From NCBI GenBank assembly GCA_964016885.1, contig OZ024743.1:128092001-128156000 (forward strand): a stretch of DNA of 64,000 nucleotides, written 5' to 3'. Below, one piece after another: positions 26,846-40,730 of the stretch. The notes beneath the pieces were generated by a model, which saw only the letters and a program-made list of their open reading frames with translations, had not been told where the DNA came from and did no database searches. The stretch is from Eledone cirrhosa. Its lineage: Eukaryota. Positions within the stretch are counted from its first letter, which is position 1. Every line of letters starts with the position of its first letter. The translations under genes were made by a program, and so were the position numbers.

Positions 26846-29800
26846 ATAATGATACATGACATACCCTGAGATGTTAAATGGTTAAGATTTAATCAAGGTA
26901 GTGATTACCCGATAGAAAATTTTACTAATATAATATCTATGTGAAAGTGCGAAAACGTAATAAAATCATTAGGGAATGTGTGAGTAAGATAAAACTTTGC
27001 ATACTGTAAGTGTTTTAAAATTTTAAAGTGTATGATACTACAATATATCTAGGAAAACGTCTCATGAATCATAACAGCCAGTGATAGCCACTGGAAAAAG
27101 ATTTATAAGGAGGGAAAAATAAAGTGTGGGGGTTTTTTTTTCGAAAGTTAAACGGTTAGATTTGAACATATTTAATTTATAATATTAAGGTGAAGACTCC
27201 AGATTTCAGGATTATTTGCTAGTTATTTATATATTATTTATATAAATTCAATAAGTGTGTTATCATTTCTAAACTTCTGAATTGTGAGAATAACATTTAA
27301 AGGATTTAGCTGGCACATAAAGAATGAAATATTATACTGTTGATTAATTCCCTAAATCTAAACTTTAACAAATATACCAACATATTAGATATGTAAAGCT
27401 TTTGAAGTACTTATTGTTATAAATATTTAAATAACTATTATGTATATAGGTATATATTAATGAGCCAGTATGTTTAAGGTAAATAATACCGACGAAGATA
27501 AAAATGAAATAAAATAATATGTTAAGGATAAATATATACATATGTATAACTGGGTGTAAATGTACTAATTATTCTTCAACCAAGATATCAACATATTAGA
27601 TATAGAGATGTATATATATAGATATATTTTAGGTATTATTAGTGTAGTATACTTTAGGTAAATGATAACAGTTATACTCTTATCAACGTGTTACATTTAA
27701 ATATATATATATATATATACAGATAAGAAAAACAAACAATGAGTGCATGTATAATATAGAGTTCAAAATAATGTCTATAATAATTTTTAGTTTGGATATT
27801 TTCTCTATATTTGAATCATATATATAGAAGTATAGTAGGGTATATTTATAAAATACAATATATAACTACATATATATTATAATACATTATATTATAAATA
27901 AATAAATAAATAAGAGATCGAAAGTACAGCGAAAAATTCACATTTATATATAAGTTTGAATCCGTCTTAAAATTTAGATTTTATAGTGCAGTAAGTATAT
28001 TTAAAAGAAATATGTGCTATATTATACTATAAATAATAGATCAAAAAGTCATTAAAAATTTGGAGTTATAGATAAGTTTCATAAACATTTTTGGATTGGG
28101 TATTAAACTAAAATTTAAAAGAGATCACAAATGCATTAAAAATTCAGTTAAATAAATTCAATAAATATGTAAGGATTAGGTATTGTACTAAATTATAGAT
28201 AAATGATGGTGTTGATCAAAGTTAACAAATAATGTTGTGTATATCAATGTCTAGGCACGCTGATTGAAATATTGTCATTCATTCTAACGTTGTTTTTTCT
28301 ATAGATAGTTATAAAATAAAGCAATATTAAGGGCCATTGATATTTTTTACTGTTGATTATATATTCCTGGTAACCGAGTTGTTATTGGTTCTTTCTTTCT
28401 CGTTTTATGTGAAGCTAAAAAAAATGGACGTAGCTTTATTCTCGAACTCTAAGAAGAAATCATCCACGTCTTTATCACAGCTCATATGGTCTTTAAAAGA
28501 GAAGAATCTAGAATACTCCATTCTTTGGACAAAACTTCGGAACTGTAGAATTTACCGCAACTCTAGTATATCAAATAACTGCCCGCTCTGTACAATGGAG
28601 ACCCTGTTGATTATTAATAATTATGAGACCCTAATTAACAAAAAAAAGTGAATTATTCTCTAATTGCCTCCATAAAGCTACGTCCATTTTTTTAGCCTCA
28701 CATAAAACGAGAAATAAAGAACCAATAACAACTCGGTTACCAGGAATATATAATCAACAGTAAAAAACATCAATGGCCCTTAATATTGCTTTATTTTATA
28801 ACTATCTATAGAAAAAACGTTAGAATGAATGACAATATTTCAATCAGCGTGCCTAGACATTGATATACACAACATTATTTGTTAACTTTGATCAACACCA
28901 TCATTTATCTATAATTTAGTACAATACCTAATCCTTACATATTTATTGAATTTATTTAACTGTGAATTTTTAATGCATTTGTGATCTCTTTTAAATTTTA
29001 GTTTAATACCCAATCCAAAAATGTTTATGAAACTTATCTATAACTCCAAATTTTTAATGACTTTTTGATCTATTATTTATAGTATAATATAGCATATATT
29101 TCTTTTAAATATACTTACTGCACTATAAAATCTAAATTTTAAGACGGATTCAAACTTATATATAAATGTGAATTTTTCGCTGTACTTTCGATCTCTTATT
29201 TATTTATTTATAATATAATGTATTATAATATATATGTAGTTATATATTGTATTTTATAAATATACCCTACTATACTTCTATATATATGTTCAAATATAGA
29301 GAAAATATCCAAACTAAAAATTATTATAGACATTATTTTGAACTCTATATTATACATGCACTCATTGTTTGTTTTTCTTATCTGTATATATATATATATT
29401 TAAATGTAACACGTTGATAAGAGTATAACTGTTATCATTTACCTAAAGTATACTACACTAATAATACCTAATATATATCTATATATATACATCCCTATAT
29501 CTAATAATATGTTGATATCTTGGTTGAAGAATAATTAGTACATTTACACCCAGTTATACATATGTATATATTTATCCTTAACATATTATTTTATTTCATT
29601 TTTATCTTCGTCGGTATTATTTACCTTAAACATACTGGCTCATTAATATATACCTATATACATAATAGTTATTTAAATATTTATAACAATAAGTACTTCA
29701 AAAGCTTTACATATCTAATATGTTGGTATATTTGTTAAAGTTTAGATTTAGGGAATTAATCAACAGTATAATATTTCATTCTTTATGTGCCAGCTAAATC

Positions 29801-30256
29801 CTTTAAATGTTATTCTCACAATTCAGAAGTTTAGAAATGATAACACACTTATTGAATTTATATAAATAATATATAAATAACTAGCAAATAATCCTGAAAT
29901 CTGGAGTCTTCACCTTAATATTATAAATTAAATATGTTCAAATCTAACCGTTTAACTTTCGAAAAAAAAAACCCACACTTTATTTTTCCCTCCTTATAAA
30001 TCTTTTTCCAGTGGCTATCACTGGCTGTTATGATTCATGAGACGTTTTCCTAGATATATTGTAGTATCATACACTTTAAAATTTTAAAACACTTACAGTA
30101 TGCAACGTTTTATCTTACTCACACATTCCCTAATGAATTTATTACGTTTTCGCACTTTCACATAGATATTATATAAGTAAAATTTTCTATCGGGTAATCA
30201 CTACCTTGATTAAATCTTAACCATTTAACATCTCAGGGTATGTCATGTATCATTAT

Positions 30257-30309
30257 ATTTTGTCTGATGAGGACGTACTGTTGTACATCCGAAATATGTA
30301 TAATAAAAT
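30257..30309 (+). ncRNA. Type I hammerhead ribozyme (family B, right arm)
   Basis: Same motif as 26793-26845 on the plus strand. Confidence 0.85.
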
Positions 30310-30364
30310 GTAATTGATCAAAAGAACATCTATTTTATTAATACTTATATTTTAATATATATAT

Positions 30365-31380
30365 AATAGAAAAACTAGGAATTTTCGTTTACATAAAAAA
30401 ATATTTATTGTGTATCGACCTGTTACGCGCGTTTCGCAGAGGATGGGCTCGAGGTTTTATGGACCCGACTCCAGTATCAATCTGCTCCTCAGACTGGTGA
30501 TGCGACAAAAGATATATTTTTATTGTGGTATGTGGACCGAGAAGGTATATATAGGCAATGTCTCTATTTTTGTGTGTGTGGGCATATGTGTATACTTTGG
30601 TGAGGCGGCAATGCTGGTATGTATTCACCGGTATGTATGTGCGTACTTACGTGAGCGCGCGAGCAATTAAAGATTCGTCTGTGTGGGCACGTTTTGGAAT
30701 GTGCATTGCTTGAGAGATCTGAAATTCTAAGTGAAGCACTTTTTACTAAATTGTCAGTAATATTTTGGGGGTGGTTCGAACTAACATCTATGTATCTAAG
30801 GGATTCGTTAGGTTCGTGGTACCAGTATCAGTATCTAAATCTAAAGTGACTGATTCAATGGTTATTCTAAAACCTAGATTACGGAAGAAAGAACATAAGT
30901 TTTTCCGAAACCTATCAGTGGTTCTGGGACTTACCTTGTGCAAAGCAAAAAGGCCATCATCGCGGTATCATCCGCCGGTCAGGCCTGTGAAATGATTCTT
31001 CAGATGGTGTAGGATATAAAGGCACACCAGGTCGTTAAAATATGCCGTGTCACTTGCTCCCATACTGACGTCAAATGGAGTCTCTGACTTCTTATTAATC
31101 CAGTAAGAGCTTTTGTGGTATAAGAAGGTCTTACAGACGTGGACGTCCTGCTCAACATCAGTGATGGTGGTAAAGTTCCTGGCAAAATCAAGTGCATCCT
31201 TCAGTAGAGGCTCTGAGATAGAAGCGCAGTAGTCTTCAATATCCAGTTGCAGAAAGCAGGCATTACATTTATCAGGCAATTCTTGGAACCAAGAGATTAT
31301 CTCAGAGGTTCTGCTCCAGAGTGGGAGAGGTGAGGCTGCACGCAGCGACGGTAGTAATTTATCGAGGAATTCTTTTAATG
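30365..31380 (-). mobile_element. Hydra-type PLE with RT remnant joined to HHR tail (endonuclease absent)
   Basis: ORF 30968..31441 (IISWF, FLQLDIEDYCASISE, FDVSMGASD); YRDDGL at about 30950-30967 in a shifted frame. Confidence 0.85.
30418..30498 (-). ncRNA. Type I hammerhead ribozyme
   Basis: Reverse complement: ACCAGT-CTGAGGA-GCAGA..TCTGC-GAAA-CGCGCG-TA-ACAGGT (one stem I mismatch). Confidence 0.8.
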
Positions 31381-31397
31381 TTTTAATGATATATATA

Positions 31398-33880
31398 TAT
31401 AGTGAACTGGTCATAAAGTTATTTACTCTAGTAGATAACACTGTATGCTAATCACTAATTTAATAATTTAATAAGTGAAGGAACACAAGAATATGTAAGG
31501 AAAGCAGGAAGCAAGATGATGAGATGCAGACAGGAAATAATATATATGATAACAACGATAAGTCTTCTCAACTGTATATGAAGGTAGTTTTTCTTTATTC
31601 GTGTGCTTGTGCGTGTGTGTATTACAATGGTTAAATGACATACCTGTGACTTGCTTTGTTAATCCTTGTAAGAAGGATTGGAATACATCTGAGCTGAGCC
31701 TTATGGTATAGGTCCTCAGCAGATATGTTGCAGGTCGGAAAAGCTCGACCGAAAGAGAAATAAGATGCTAAGAGCTACCTTTGGCGTAGCTGTGCCTGGC
31801 CTACTAGGCAGGCGGCCAAAAGGTGAAAACAGAGAGAGAGGTGTCGGAACGCTCCCTTATATACTGGCCACGGGGTAGTAACTCCAAATAGTTTGGTTCT
31901 CCGGAGAGATGGCGCTAGTCACTACATGGCTCTCCCCCAGACGAAAAGTCGATAATGTAGAAGTTAAATGTAGTGAAAAAGCGTACAGCACAAAACAAGG
32001 AAGGCAAAGGTAAGTATATGGTAAAAGTTTGCAAAAGGGGAAAAGTATAAAATAAGCATGCAAAAATGTAATAGGAACAAATTATTGAAAAAATAATTGT
32101 TTCTACATTTGGCACAAGGCCAGCAATTACACAGTTTATTACTGGTACTTTATTTTATCGACCCCGAAAGGATGAAAGGCAAAGTTAACCTCGGCGGGAT
32201 TTGAACTCAGAATGGCAAGGACCGTAACTCTATGCGTCAAAGCATGGCGCCCGACCCTCTACCGATACTGCCAATCCTCCGCCCGAAAATGTGTTGCCAT
32301 ATTGAAAAAATAATAAAGTTCAAATAGTGTTCACAGGAATGTTGCACAATTGCAGCAGGGAACTGTAGGAAAAGTGTATGTCCAAAGAGAATTTGAGAGC
32401 AAGTTGTTTCTGTACTGTGGGAAAATGTGAGATTCCCGATCTTCGAAGAGAATGGTGGAAATTTTGCACAGGAAGATGACTGCAAGAAGGATTCTCAGTT
32501 CTGTTTGTTGTTCTGCTGGTTCGAAGTTGGTGAGAGAAGAGCAAAGATGAAATTGTCGTTGGTTGTCTCCCATAGTCCTTTTGAAGTTGTTTCAAGGGAA
32601 ACAACTCATTCACACTTAGAAGATCCCAGAAAATGTGTTGCGCAAAGTGTCAGAAATGACAGCCAAAATTGATGGTCAGTGTTGCGGTTGAAGTTGATCT
32701 GTTTAAGTCCAGATAAAGTTGCGGTTGAAGTTACGACCATTGAAACGAGCATGCAGGATAAATGCACAGTAACTAACGCCAATTTACGACATTGTAGTGT
32801 CGCAAATCTTTTTACTGGCAAATATAAAAAATAGCTTTGGCTGATGAAGTCCTTGAAAAGAAATAGCAAAACGTGTGTATCCCTTTAAGTCGAGATTTGT
32901 GCACTACACACGTGCTGGTACAAGGTAAAATTGAAATTGAAAAAATTTCTTTTGCGCGGGAAAATTACGAGAAACACAAGATGGCTGCCGAAAATGAAAG
33001 AAGAAGGCAGCTGTCGGCCATCATAATTCTCACTGTGAATGTGATGAAGAAGAAGGAAAAACTTGGTTGAACGAGTAAGCGACAAAAAGGTGAGACATAT
33101 TTAGGTGATACAACACGTGAGGTGTAGAAAAATGTTATTGCTCGTTGGAGAAACTTTTTTTTTTTTTGTCGGAGAAAATGTGTGTCCTTGAATGCCGGAG
33201 AAATGTTTGTGTCCGAATTCCACGTTAGGTGGAAGAAAGTGTGTCCCAACGAAAAGTTGAACACGTGTTCGGTGTCTGTGTATGTCTGCATGTTCCTTAT
33301 TTTTTGTTCTTTCGGGTTGCAAATTGTTGATGAGTTTGCTGCAACGAAAGAAGAGTTTGTTTGTGTTTTTTCCATGTTGTGTGTTCGCATCACGTCGGGG
33401 TCACTACTTTAGTGAACTGGTCATAAGGTTATTTACTCTAGTAGGTAACACTGTATGCCAATTACTAATTTAATAATTTAATAAGTGAAGGAACACAAGA
33501 ATATGTAAGGAAAGCAGGAAGCAAGATGATGAGATGCAGACAGGAAATAATATATATGATAATAACGATAAGTCTTCTCAACTGTATATGAAGGTAGTTT
33601 TTCTTTATTCGTCTGCTTGTGCGTGTGTGTATTACAATAGTTAAATGACATACCTGTGACTTGCTTTGTTAATCCTTGTAAGAAGGATTGGAATACATCT
33701 GAGCTGAGCCTTATGGTATAGGTCCTCAGCAGATGTGTTGCAGGTCGGAAAAGCTCGACCGAAAGAGAAATAATATGCTAAGAGCTACCTTTGGCGTAGC
33801 CGTGCCTGGTCTACTAGGCAGGCGGCCAAAGGGTGAAAAGAGAGAGAGAGGCGTCAGAACGCTCCCTTATATACTGGCCA
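31398..33880 (-). mobile_element. Non-autonomous LTR retrotransposon (Gypsy-like)
   Basis: LTRs 31398-31926 (TGTAGTGA..TCACTA termini) and 33408-33880 (truncated); PBS matches tRNA-Trp 3' end at 33389-33406; PPT GGGGGAGAG at 31927-31938; no pol. Confidence 0.85.
32095..32284 (-). mobile_element. tRNA-derived SINE with Nin/Deu-like core, nested in the LTR element
   Basis: Homolog of 1481-1668; TATTGAAAAAATAAT on both flanks. Confidence 0.85.
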
Positions 33881-34393
33881 AGCGATCAGCAGCGCGCTCG
33901 AGGCCTTTTCTCAATCAAAAGGCCAGAAGAGAAAGAAAAGAAAAAAGAAGAAGAAAAAGAAGAAGAAAAAAGGGGGAAAGGTAGTGAGGAGAGAGGAAGA
34001 AAGAGAAAAAAACGGGTAAACAGACCAGATAGTGAGGGGACACAAGACAACAGAACATGCAAGTGAGTAACCGAGGAAAATATAGAATAAAATAAGTTAT
34101 AGCGTACCGATTAGACGTAAATCTGGAGGTGCGATAACAGGAGCCCAGTCTTCCTCTCTCCTCACTACCTTTTCCCCTTTTTTTTTCTTCTTTTTTCTTT
34201 TCTTTCCCTCCTGGCCTTTTGATTGAGAAAAGGCCTTGGGCGCGCCGCTGATCGCTTTTAGATGTCCTGCATTAAGCGCCGAAACATCTTGATCTCGGTT
34301 TTACAGTTGATGAAGTATCTCTTTTCTTCTCTTGTTTCGTCCATACTACCATCTTAAAATTTGTTTACAGTAACCACACGGCTCCTTTCGTTT

Positions 34394-34468
<75 letters not shown>

Positions 34469-34575
34469 ATAATAATAAATTTGAAGACTAAAATCCAAAG
34501 AGGGTTCGATAAGGATAAATATATATCAAATATATAAGAACCGTAGAGCAAATATTTATTAAAATAACAGATTAA

Positions 34576-34626
34576 AGTTTAAGCAAAGAATCGCTGCTTT
34601 CACCCTTAACGGGATCTTCTGAAACT
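34576..34626 (-). ncRNA. Hammerhead-like motif with CAGAAGA core (family H)
   Basis: Reverse complement: AGTTT-CAGAAGA-TCCC..GGGT-GAAA-GCA..TGC-TT-AAACT. Confidence 0.65.
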
Positions 34627-36043
34627 AACAAAGTCAATCTGTAAACGCAGAACTGGATATTTCAAGAAACCTTGCAACCGGAGGAAGACAGGAAGACGAT
34701 ACTTTGGTTCGTGGAGACGTTCGCTGGCAAAGAACGGGAAAGAACGAATAATACGTCATTAATAGGAGCGGTGAAAAACAATTACGCGCAAAGACAGAAC
34801 CACGTTTATGGTATAAAAGAGGTCATAGACTAATGTTCTCTTAGGTGGTGCATAGAGACGTTACCCTCTAAGAAGGAATATGACGTCACTTTCAGCTTAT
34901 ATCTGGAGTCTAAAAGACAACCACACCCAATATAAGTTACACTGGGAGATCCTAGCTAGGGCTAGATCGTATAACGGAAATAAAAGACCATGTGACCTCT
35001 GCGCCGCTGAGGCCCTGGAAATACTCTACGCCACAGACCACATCTTAAACAAAAAATCTGAGGCAATTTCGGCTCGTAAACATAAATTGCACAAAACTTT
35101 CCTGTATTACAGCCCCACGTTATACCCTAACGGATAGTACGATCTATACGTGGATATTTTACGTCTTAATGTGGGAGCTAAGTATATGTTTTGTTTATTC
35201 CTTTACTTATTTGCATAGGTAAGTATATATTACCCGTATGTTTTGTGAAGGTCGTATACCTTCTCGTACGTATATTTGATTGTTATGGCGTATAATTTTA
35301 TATATTCTGGTACATATGGTTTGGATATGTGTATACGGGAGTATTGCGTCTGTGTGAGTATGCAGGTTCGTACGTATGGTGGGTGTGTGTATATGCGTAC
35401 TTCATGTTTTAGTTGACTTACGTCTCCGAACATTCGTGTATTTATATGTGGGTATGTGTGTGCGCTTGTTATATACGTATTTATTTATATACGTTTATAT
35501 AATTATTTATTTATCTGTATACACGCATACACACACACACATATTTATATGTGCGCGGTCTTGTATACCTATGGTAAGTTTTCGCGTATGCTTGTGTATG
35601 TACGTATTTGTTTGCGTGTATGTATTTATTTATTTCTATTACTTCTGTATTGTATTTATTTACTTTGTTCTTAACTCTGTAGCGGAGATTCATTTCGTCT
35701 CCTAGTTAGAATTTTAGTCTACGACTTCTGCTATACCATTTACGTGGTTGTGTCTTTGCGTGCTATTGTTCTCCACGCTCCACATATGACGTATTATCTT
35801 CGTTTTTTCGTTCATTGCCAGAGAACGTCTCTATGCACCACCTATGACCTCTTTTATACCATAAACGTGGTTCTGTCTTTGCGCGTAATTGTTTTTCACC
35901 GCTCCTATTAATGACGTATTATTCGTTCTTTCCCGTTCTTTGCCAGCGAACGTTTCCACGAACCAAAGTATCGTCTTCCTGTCTTCCTCCGGTTGCAAGG
36001 TTTTTTGAAATATTCAGTTCTGCGTTTACAGATTGACTTTGTT

Positions 36044-36094
36044 AGTTTCAGAAGATCCCGTTAAGGGTGAAAGCAGCGATTCTTTGCTTAAACT
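36044..36094 (+). ncRNA. Hammerhead-like motif with CAGAAGA core (family H)
   Basis: Same motif as 34576-34626; third copy at 43816-43866. Confidence 0.65.
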
Positions 36095-36103
36095 TTAATG
36101 TTA

Positions 36104-36136
<33 letters not shown>

Positions 36137-36222
36137 TCCTTATCGAGCCCTCTTTGGATTTTAGTCTTCAATTTTATTATTATTACTATATATATATATA
36201 TAAACATATATGTATATATACA

Positions 36223-36284
<62 letters not shown>

Positions 36285-36880
36285 CTCATAGTAAATAATT
36301 TATTAATATATATTCTTTCTTTGAGATGTTTACGTATTAGAGACAGTTAACTTTATAAAGTTATAAATAAATATTTACTGTTCCATCATCGTTGAGATGA
36401 TAACACGGTTTTGGCTGCTATTTTCAGCGTTAATATAACCCCGTCGTATTGTCCTAATACATAAAGTGGGCTATATTCATATAGTAATTCAGCGATGAAA
36501 CACGTTGTTCACCATGCGGTCTACCAACAACATGGTATGTATGATATATATTCAACTTCTCCCCTTATTCCTAAGTAAGAAACCTCCCAATGAACGAACT
36601 CAAATTCTTCTAATATTGGTTATTCCAATGTCTTGGAATGATTGATGTTGCTTCTTGAGTTCCAGAAACCATGGTCGGGGAATTATATAAGTAAAGCCAA
36701 ATTATTTTAACCGATCTAGCTTATATTCCACCCAAATGAGATTTTGGCTTAAGTTTAATATATTTTATTACTTCTCTGAGGAGATAATCTATTAATATAT
36801 CTTATCCTTTCATTGAGATGTTTACATACTAGAGACAGTTAATCTTATAAAGTTATAAATTTACACACACATATATATAC

Positions 36881-36938
<58 letters not shown>

Positions 36939-37165
36939 CATACAACAACCAGATGCTTAAAACAATCAAATGTTTCCTTAATACAAATGTATTAAGCAAA
37001 CATTTGATTGTTTTATATTTTGTATCTCTGCTCTGTAAAACATCTGGTAATTTACATTGAGCTTTTTCTCTTACTGGTAATTGGGTATTGTTTAATGCTA
37101 CCCTTTCATATTTATAATTATATATAACTCATATATAAGTATAAATAATATTATTACCATTATTA

Positions 37166-37205
<40 letters not shown>

Positions 37206-37479
37206 TAAAAAAACGAAAAATCAGTGATGCATCTGGACTTAATTTATTGCGTGTTACAATTATTTCGCCGGCAGGTAGCTCGAGACATGGTCACTGTATG
37301 GATCTGGCTGATTCTACACGCAATAAATTGAGTCCAGATGCATCACTGATTTTTCGTTTTTTTATACTATCCACACTCTACTCTGTTGAATATTGAGTGC
37401 TAATTTTGGCATACTGCCTATGGAAGCACTATAGCTACCATTATACACAAGTATATATATATATATATATATATTCTTT

Positions 37480-37760
37480 TTCGATCACTTATTCCTGGGA
37501 GGGTCGTGGAATAAGGGTCCTCAAACATGCCTTCCAGCAACTCCTGTCAGAAGCAACCGACTCCAATTAATCCAGTTGGATCCCCAAGTAAGACCAACCT
37601 AGCTCATCAATGTTATCCGACTATCTTGCTTGTAGTCTACCTCTCGGTTTCCTACCGGTTGGCTTTACCTGTAGAATATGTCCAGCGATTCTTTCTTGAG
37701 ATATTCTGACCACATATCCGTAAAATCGAAGGTGTAATCTCTCAATTCAAAGAATTAGTG
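37480..37760 (-). mobile_element. RTE-like LINE 3' fragment
   Basis: Homologous to 54950-55220. Confidence 0.65.
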
Positions 37761-37761
37761 G

Positions 37762-37800
<39 letters not shown>

Positions 37801-38092
37801 TGAAAAATTGAAGAATAACATGGTCGACAGTACAAACAAGGAAATTTATTTACAGTCTAACAATTGTTTCTATGATAGAATTGTCTAAAAATTGCTAAAC
37901 ACAGAAGGCAGTGTCACTCAATTTAAAATACATGTTATCTCTATCATTTTGTCAGCGACCAAGAGAAAATAAAAGAAATATGCGTAACGGTAAATTTACA
38001 AATTCAAATTCATTTGAATTGTAAATTTGAATTTCAAATTTGAATTTGAATTTGTAAATTTACCGTTACGCATATTTCTTTTATTTTCTCTT

Positions 38093-38199
38093 GGTCTCTG
38101 ACGAAATGATAGAGATAACATGTATTTTAAATTTAGTGACACTGCCTTCTGTGTTTAGCAATTTTTAGACAACTCTATCATAGAAACAATTGTTAGACT
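38093..38199 (+). ncRNA. Type I hammerhead ribozyme with long stem II insertion
   Basis: GGTCT-CTGACGA-AATGATAGAG..CTCTATCATA-GAAA-CAATTG-TT-AGACT. Confidence 0.75.
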
Positions 38200-40493
38200 G
38201 TAAATAAATTTCCTTGTTTGTACTATCGACCATGTTATTCTTCAATTTTTCAATTTTATTACTCCAAGTTATACTTACACAGGAATACAAGTGAAATCAT
38301 AAACTCGTCATCCACGTAAACCTCTTGTTGAGTCTTACAACGCCGTACGCTTAAACTATTCATGATAAGAAGTTTTCACAACCTCTAATCGGATTACCTT
38401 TAACGATATCTTATTATCCTTCGAAAAGACCATAAAACGAACAGTGACCCTGTCACAGGACCACCAACACGGCCAGTCTGTGGAGCTAACATTGCTAGTA
38501 ACTACAGACTTTCCTACTTCCTCTCCCTGATCATACGCCCCATCATTGAAATGTCCCCAGATATATGTGACAGCACGGAGGACCTCCTCAGCAGAATCAG
38601 CAAAAATAACCGATCTAGGGACCTAACAGACTGTATAATAGGTAGTATGGATGTTGTGTCCCTATATCCATCCATTGACGAGGATTTTGCTGTGGGGAAA
38701 TGCGTAGAAATGATCAGTGAGAGCAATGTTGAATTCCGTGGGATTGATACCAGTGAGCAGTGGGACTCCTACTTAAACTTACCTATAGTAATGATTATCT
38801 AGATACATATGACCTTAGCAACCTGTGCCCTACAAGACCAGCAAGAGGCAGACCACCTACCATTATCTCAATGGCCAAGAAAACCCACACAGAAAGATGG
38901 AACAGGTGGACCAGAGCCATACGGACCCCCGAAAACCACGATGAACTAAAGAAAATGATTGCACATGCGGTGGGGGCCAGTATAAAATTAACCCTTAAGG
39001 AACATATGTTCAAATTTAATGGAAAAACATATACCCAAGAGGAGGGAGCAGCCATTGGTGTTAGCATTGCAGGTGACATAGCTAACCTATTCATGGTATG
39101 GTGGACAATAAACTTAAACTTAAACTTAAAAAACAATTAGAAGACAGCAACCTCTTAACCCTGATAATGTACTCCCGCTACGTTGATGATATAAACATCG
39201 TAGTAAAAACACCTCCACTAGAGAACAGTCAGGAATTAGAGAAAAACACCATGGAAAGCATCCAGAAAATAGCTAACTCCATCCACAAGAGTATTAGAGT
39301 TACTATAGACTACTCAAGCAAACACCCCAAACATCGATTACCTGTACTAGACACAGAGCTCTGGTTAGCTACCATTAATAACAAAAAACAAATCCTCCAT
39401 TCCCATTATGCCAAACCCATGACTTCCAAATATCTGATCCACCGAAACTCAGCTGTTTCGGATCACACCAAAATCAACATACTGATTGCGGATTTGGTAC
39501 GGGTGATGAGAAATGTGTCCGGAATGTGCAACCCCAAATAACTATAGAGTGACACATACAACACTTCATCCACCGTATGCAGTTCTCTGGTTACAATCAG
39601 AGAGATAAAATCAGAGTATATAGAGGAGCCAGAACCAAATGGGAAAAAATGGTAAATAATGATACAAATGGGACCTGCCCCTTGTATAGGAGCAAATTTT
39701 GGAATAGAATAGAAAGAACTAGGAATAAGGTTAATAGAATAGCAATAAATACCAGAGTGTAGTGTTCATCAATACAACTCCTAGAGGTGAATTAGCTTAC
39801 AAATTTAGAAAGGCCCTAGATAAACATAAACTTAATATTAAGATAGTAGAAAGACCAGGTACCTCCATAAAAACACTTATTAGCAATACATACCCTTTTC
39901 AAAGACCTCCCTGTATAGATAAGAAATGCATAATCTGTAAACTAAGCCCCCATATTAACTGTAAAACTAGAAATGTAGTATATAGCATAAGATGTACTGA
40001 AGGACAATGTGAAGATAAGAATATAGTGTACATAGGTGAGACAGCTCGTAGTATAGGGGAACGGCTAAATGAACACTGGCGAGAACTTCAAGATAAAAAA
40101 GAATTATCAATACTACACCAACATGCTAAAATAGAACATAAGGGCAAATTAGAGAACATAGAAATAAAAATAAAATCTACACACAGAAAAGACGCAATGT
40201 TTAGACAAATCACAGAGGCAATAAACATAAATGAACTCCAACCAAAATTAAATAGAAAACATGAATGGAATAGCAACATCACAACTTATAATTAAGGACA
40301 AAATGAAAACACACACACATAGAACAAACAACTAACTAGTAACATGTAAATAAACAAATAAATAAACAAATATAAACACACACAGACACCCAGATGTAAC
40401 ACATGCGCAAACTAAGCACACAACACACACACAAAAACAAGATGGCATAGGACAGAACAAAGGAGAGGCACAAAACAAAGAAAAGAATCCCCA

Positions 40494-40536
40494 GTCACTG
40501 AAGAGGTCACAGAATGTGTGACGAAAGAACTTTGAC
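40494..40536 (+). ncRNA. Minimal hammerhead ribozyme
   Basis: GTCA-CTGAAGA-GGTCAC..GTGAC-GAAA-GAAC-TT-TGAC. Confidence 0.75.
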
Positions 40537-40730
40537 AATATATGAACAACCGTCCGGTTATGGAACCAACCAACCAACCGGAAATTTATAAATTTAATTT
40601 ATAATAAATTGGAGTGAAAGCAACTGGTGCGTGTTTCTTATTGGCAACATGACCCTCCCAAAGTATAACAATATCGGTTTCAACACACGTTTTCAGATAA
40701 AGAATCTTGCTTAACAAATTCAGAAACGAA

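Larger units (their letters stand above)
26652..30357. mobile_element. 3.7-kb head-to-head inverted duplication of a family B PLE 3' part
   Basis: Arms about 26743-28439 and 28672-30357 nearly identical; spacer encodes GIY-YIG C-terminus (STSLSQLIWSLK..CPLCTMETLLII); only the left arm has the full tail. Confidence 0.9.
34465..36187. mobile_element. Hydra-type PLE 3' part (family H) with inverted 5' copy of its own end
   Basis: 34465-34860 is the reverse complement of 35825-36187; ORF 34880..35137 (TSLSAYIWSLK..CDLCAAEALEIL..LNKKSE) is a GIY-YIG C-terminus. Confidence 0.85.

Noticed and set aside
33389-33406. tRNA-Trp gene
   Set aside because: Only the 3' 18 nt, adjacent to an LTR: a primer-binding site
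34245-34292. Type III hammerhead (AGATGTC..GAAACATCT)
   Set aside because: No CTGANGA core or stem I between the two halves
39762-40295. Selenoprotein-type (UGA-recoding) PLE, as reported for some Naiads
   Set aside because: Conserved Cys positions are TGT/TGC here and at 47633-47884; no in-frame TGA at those sites and no SECIS recognised
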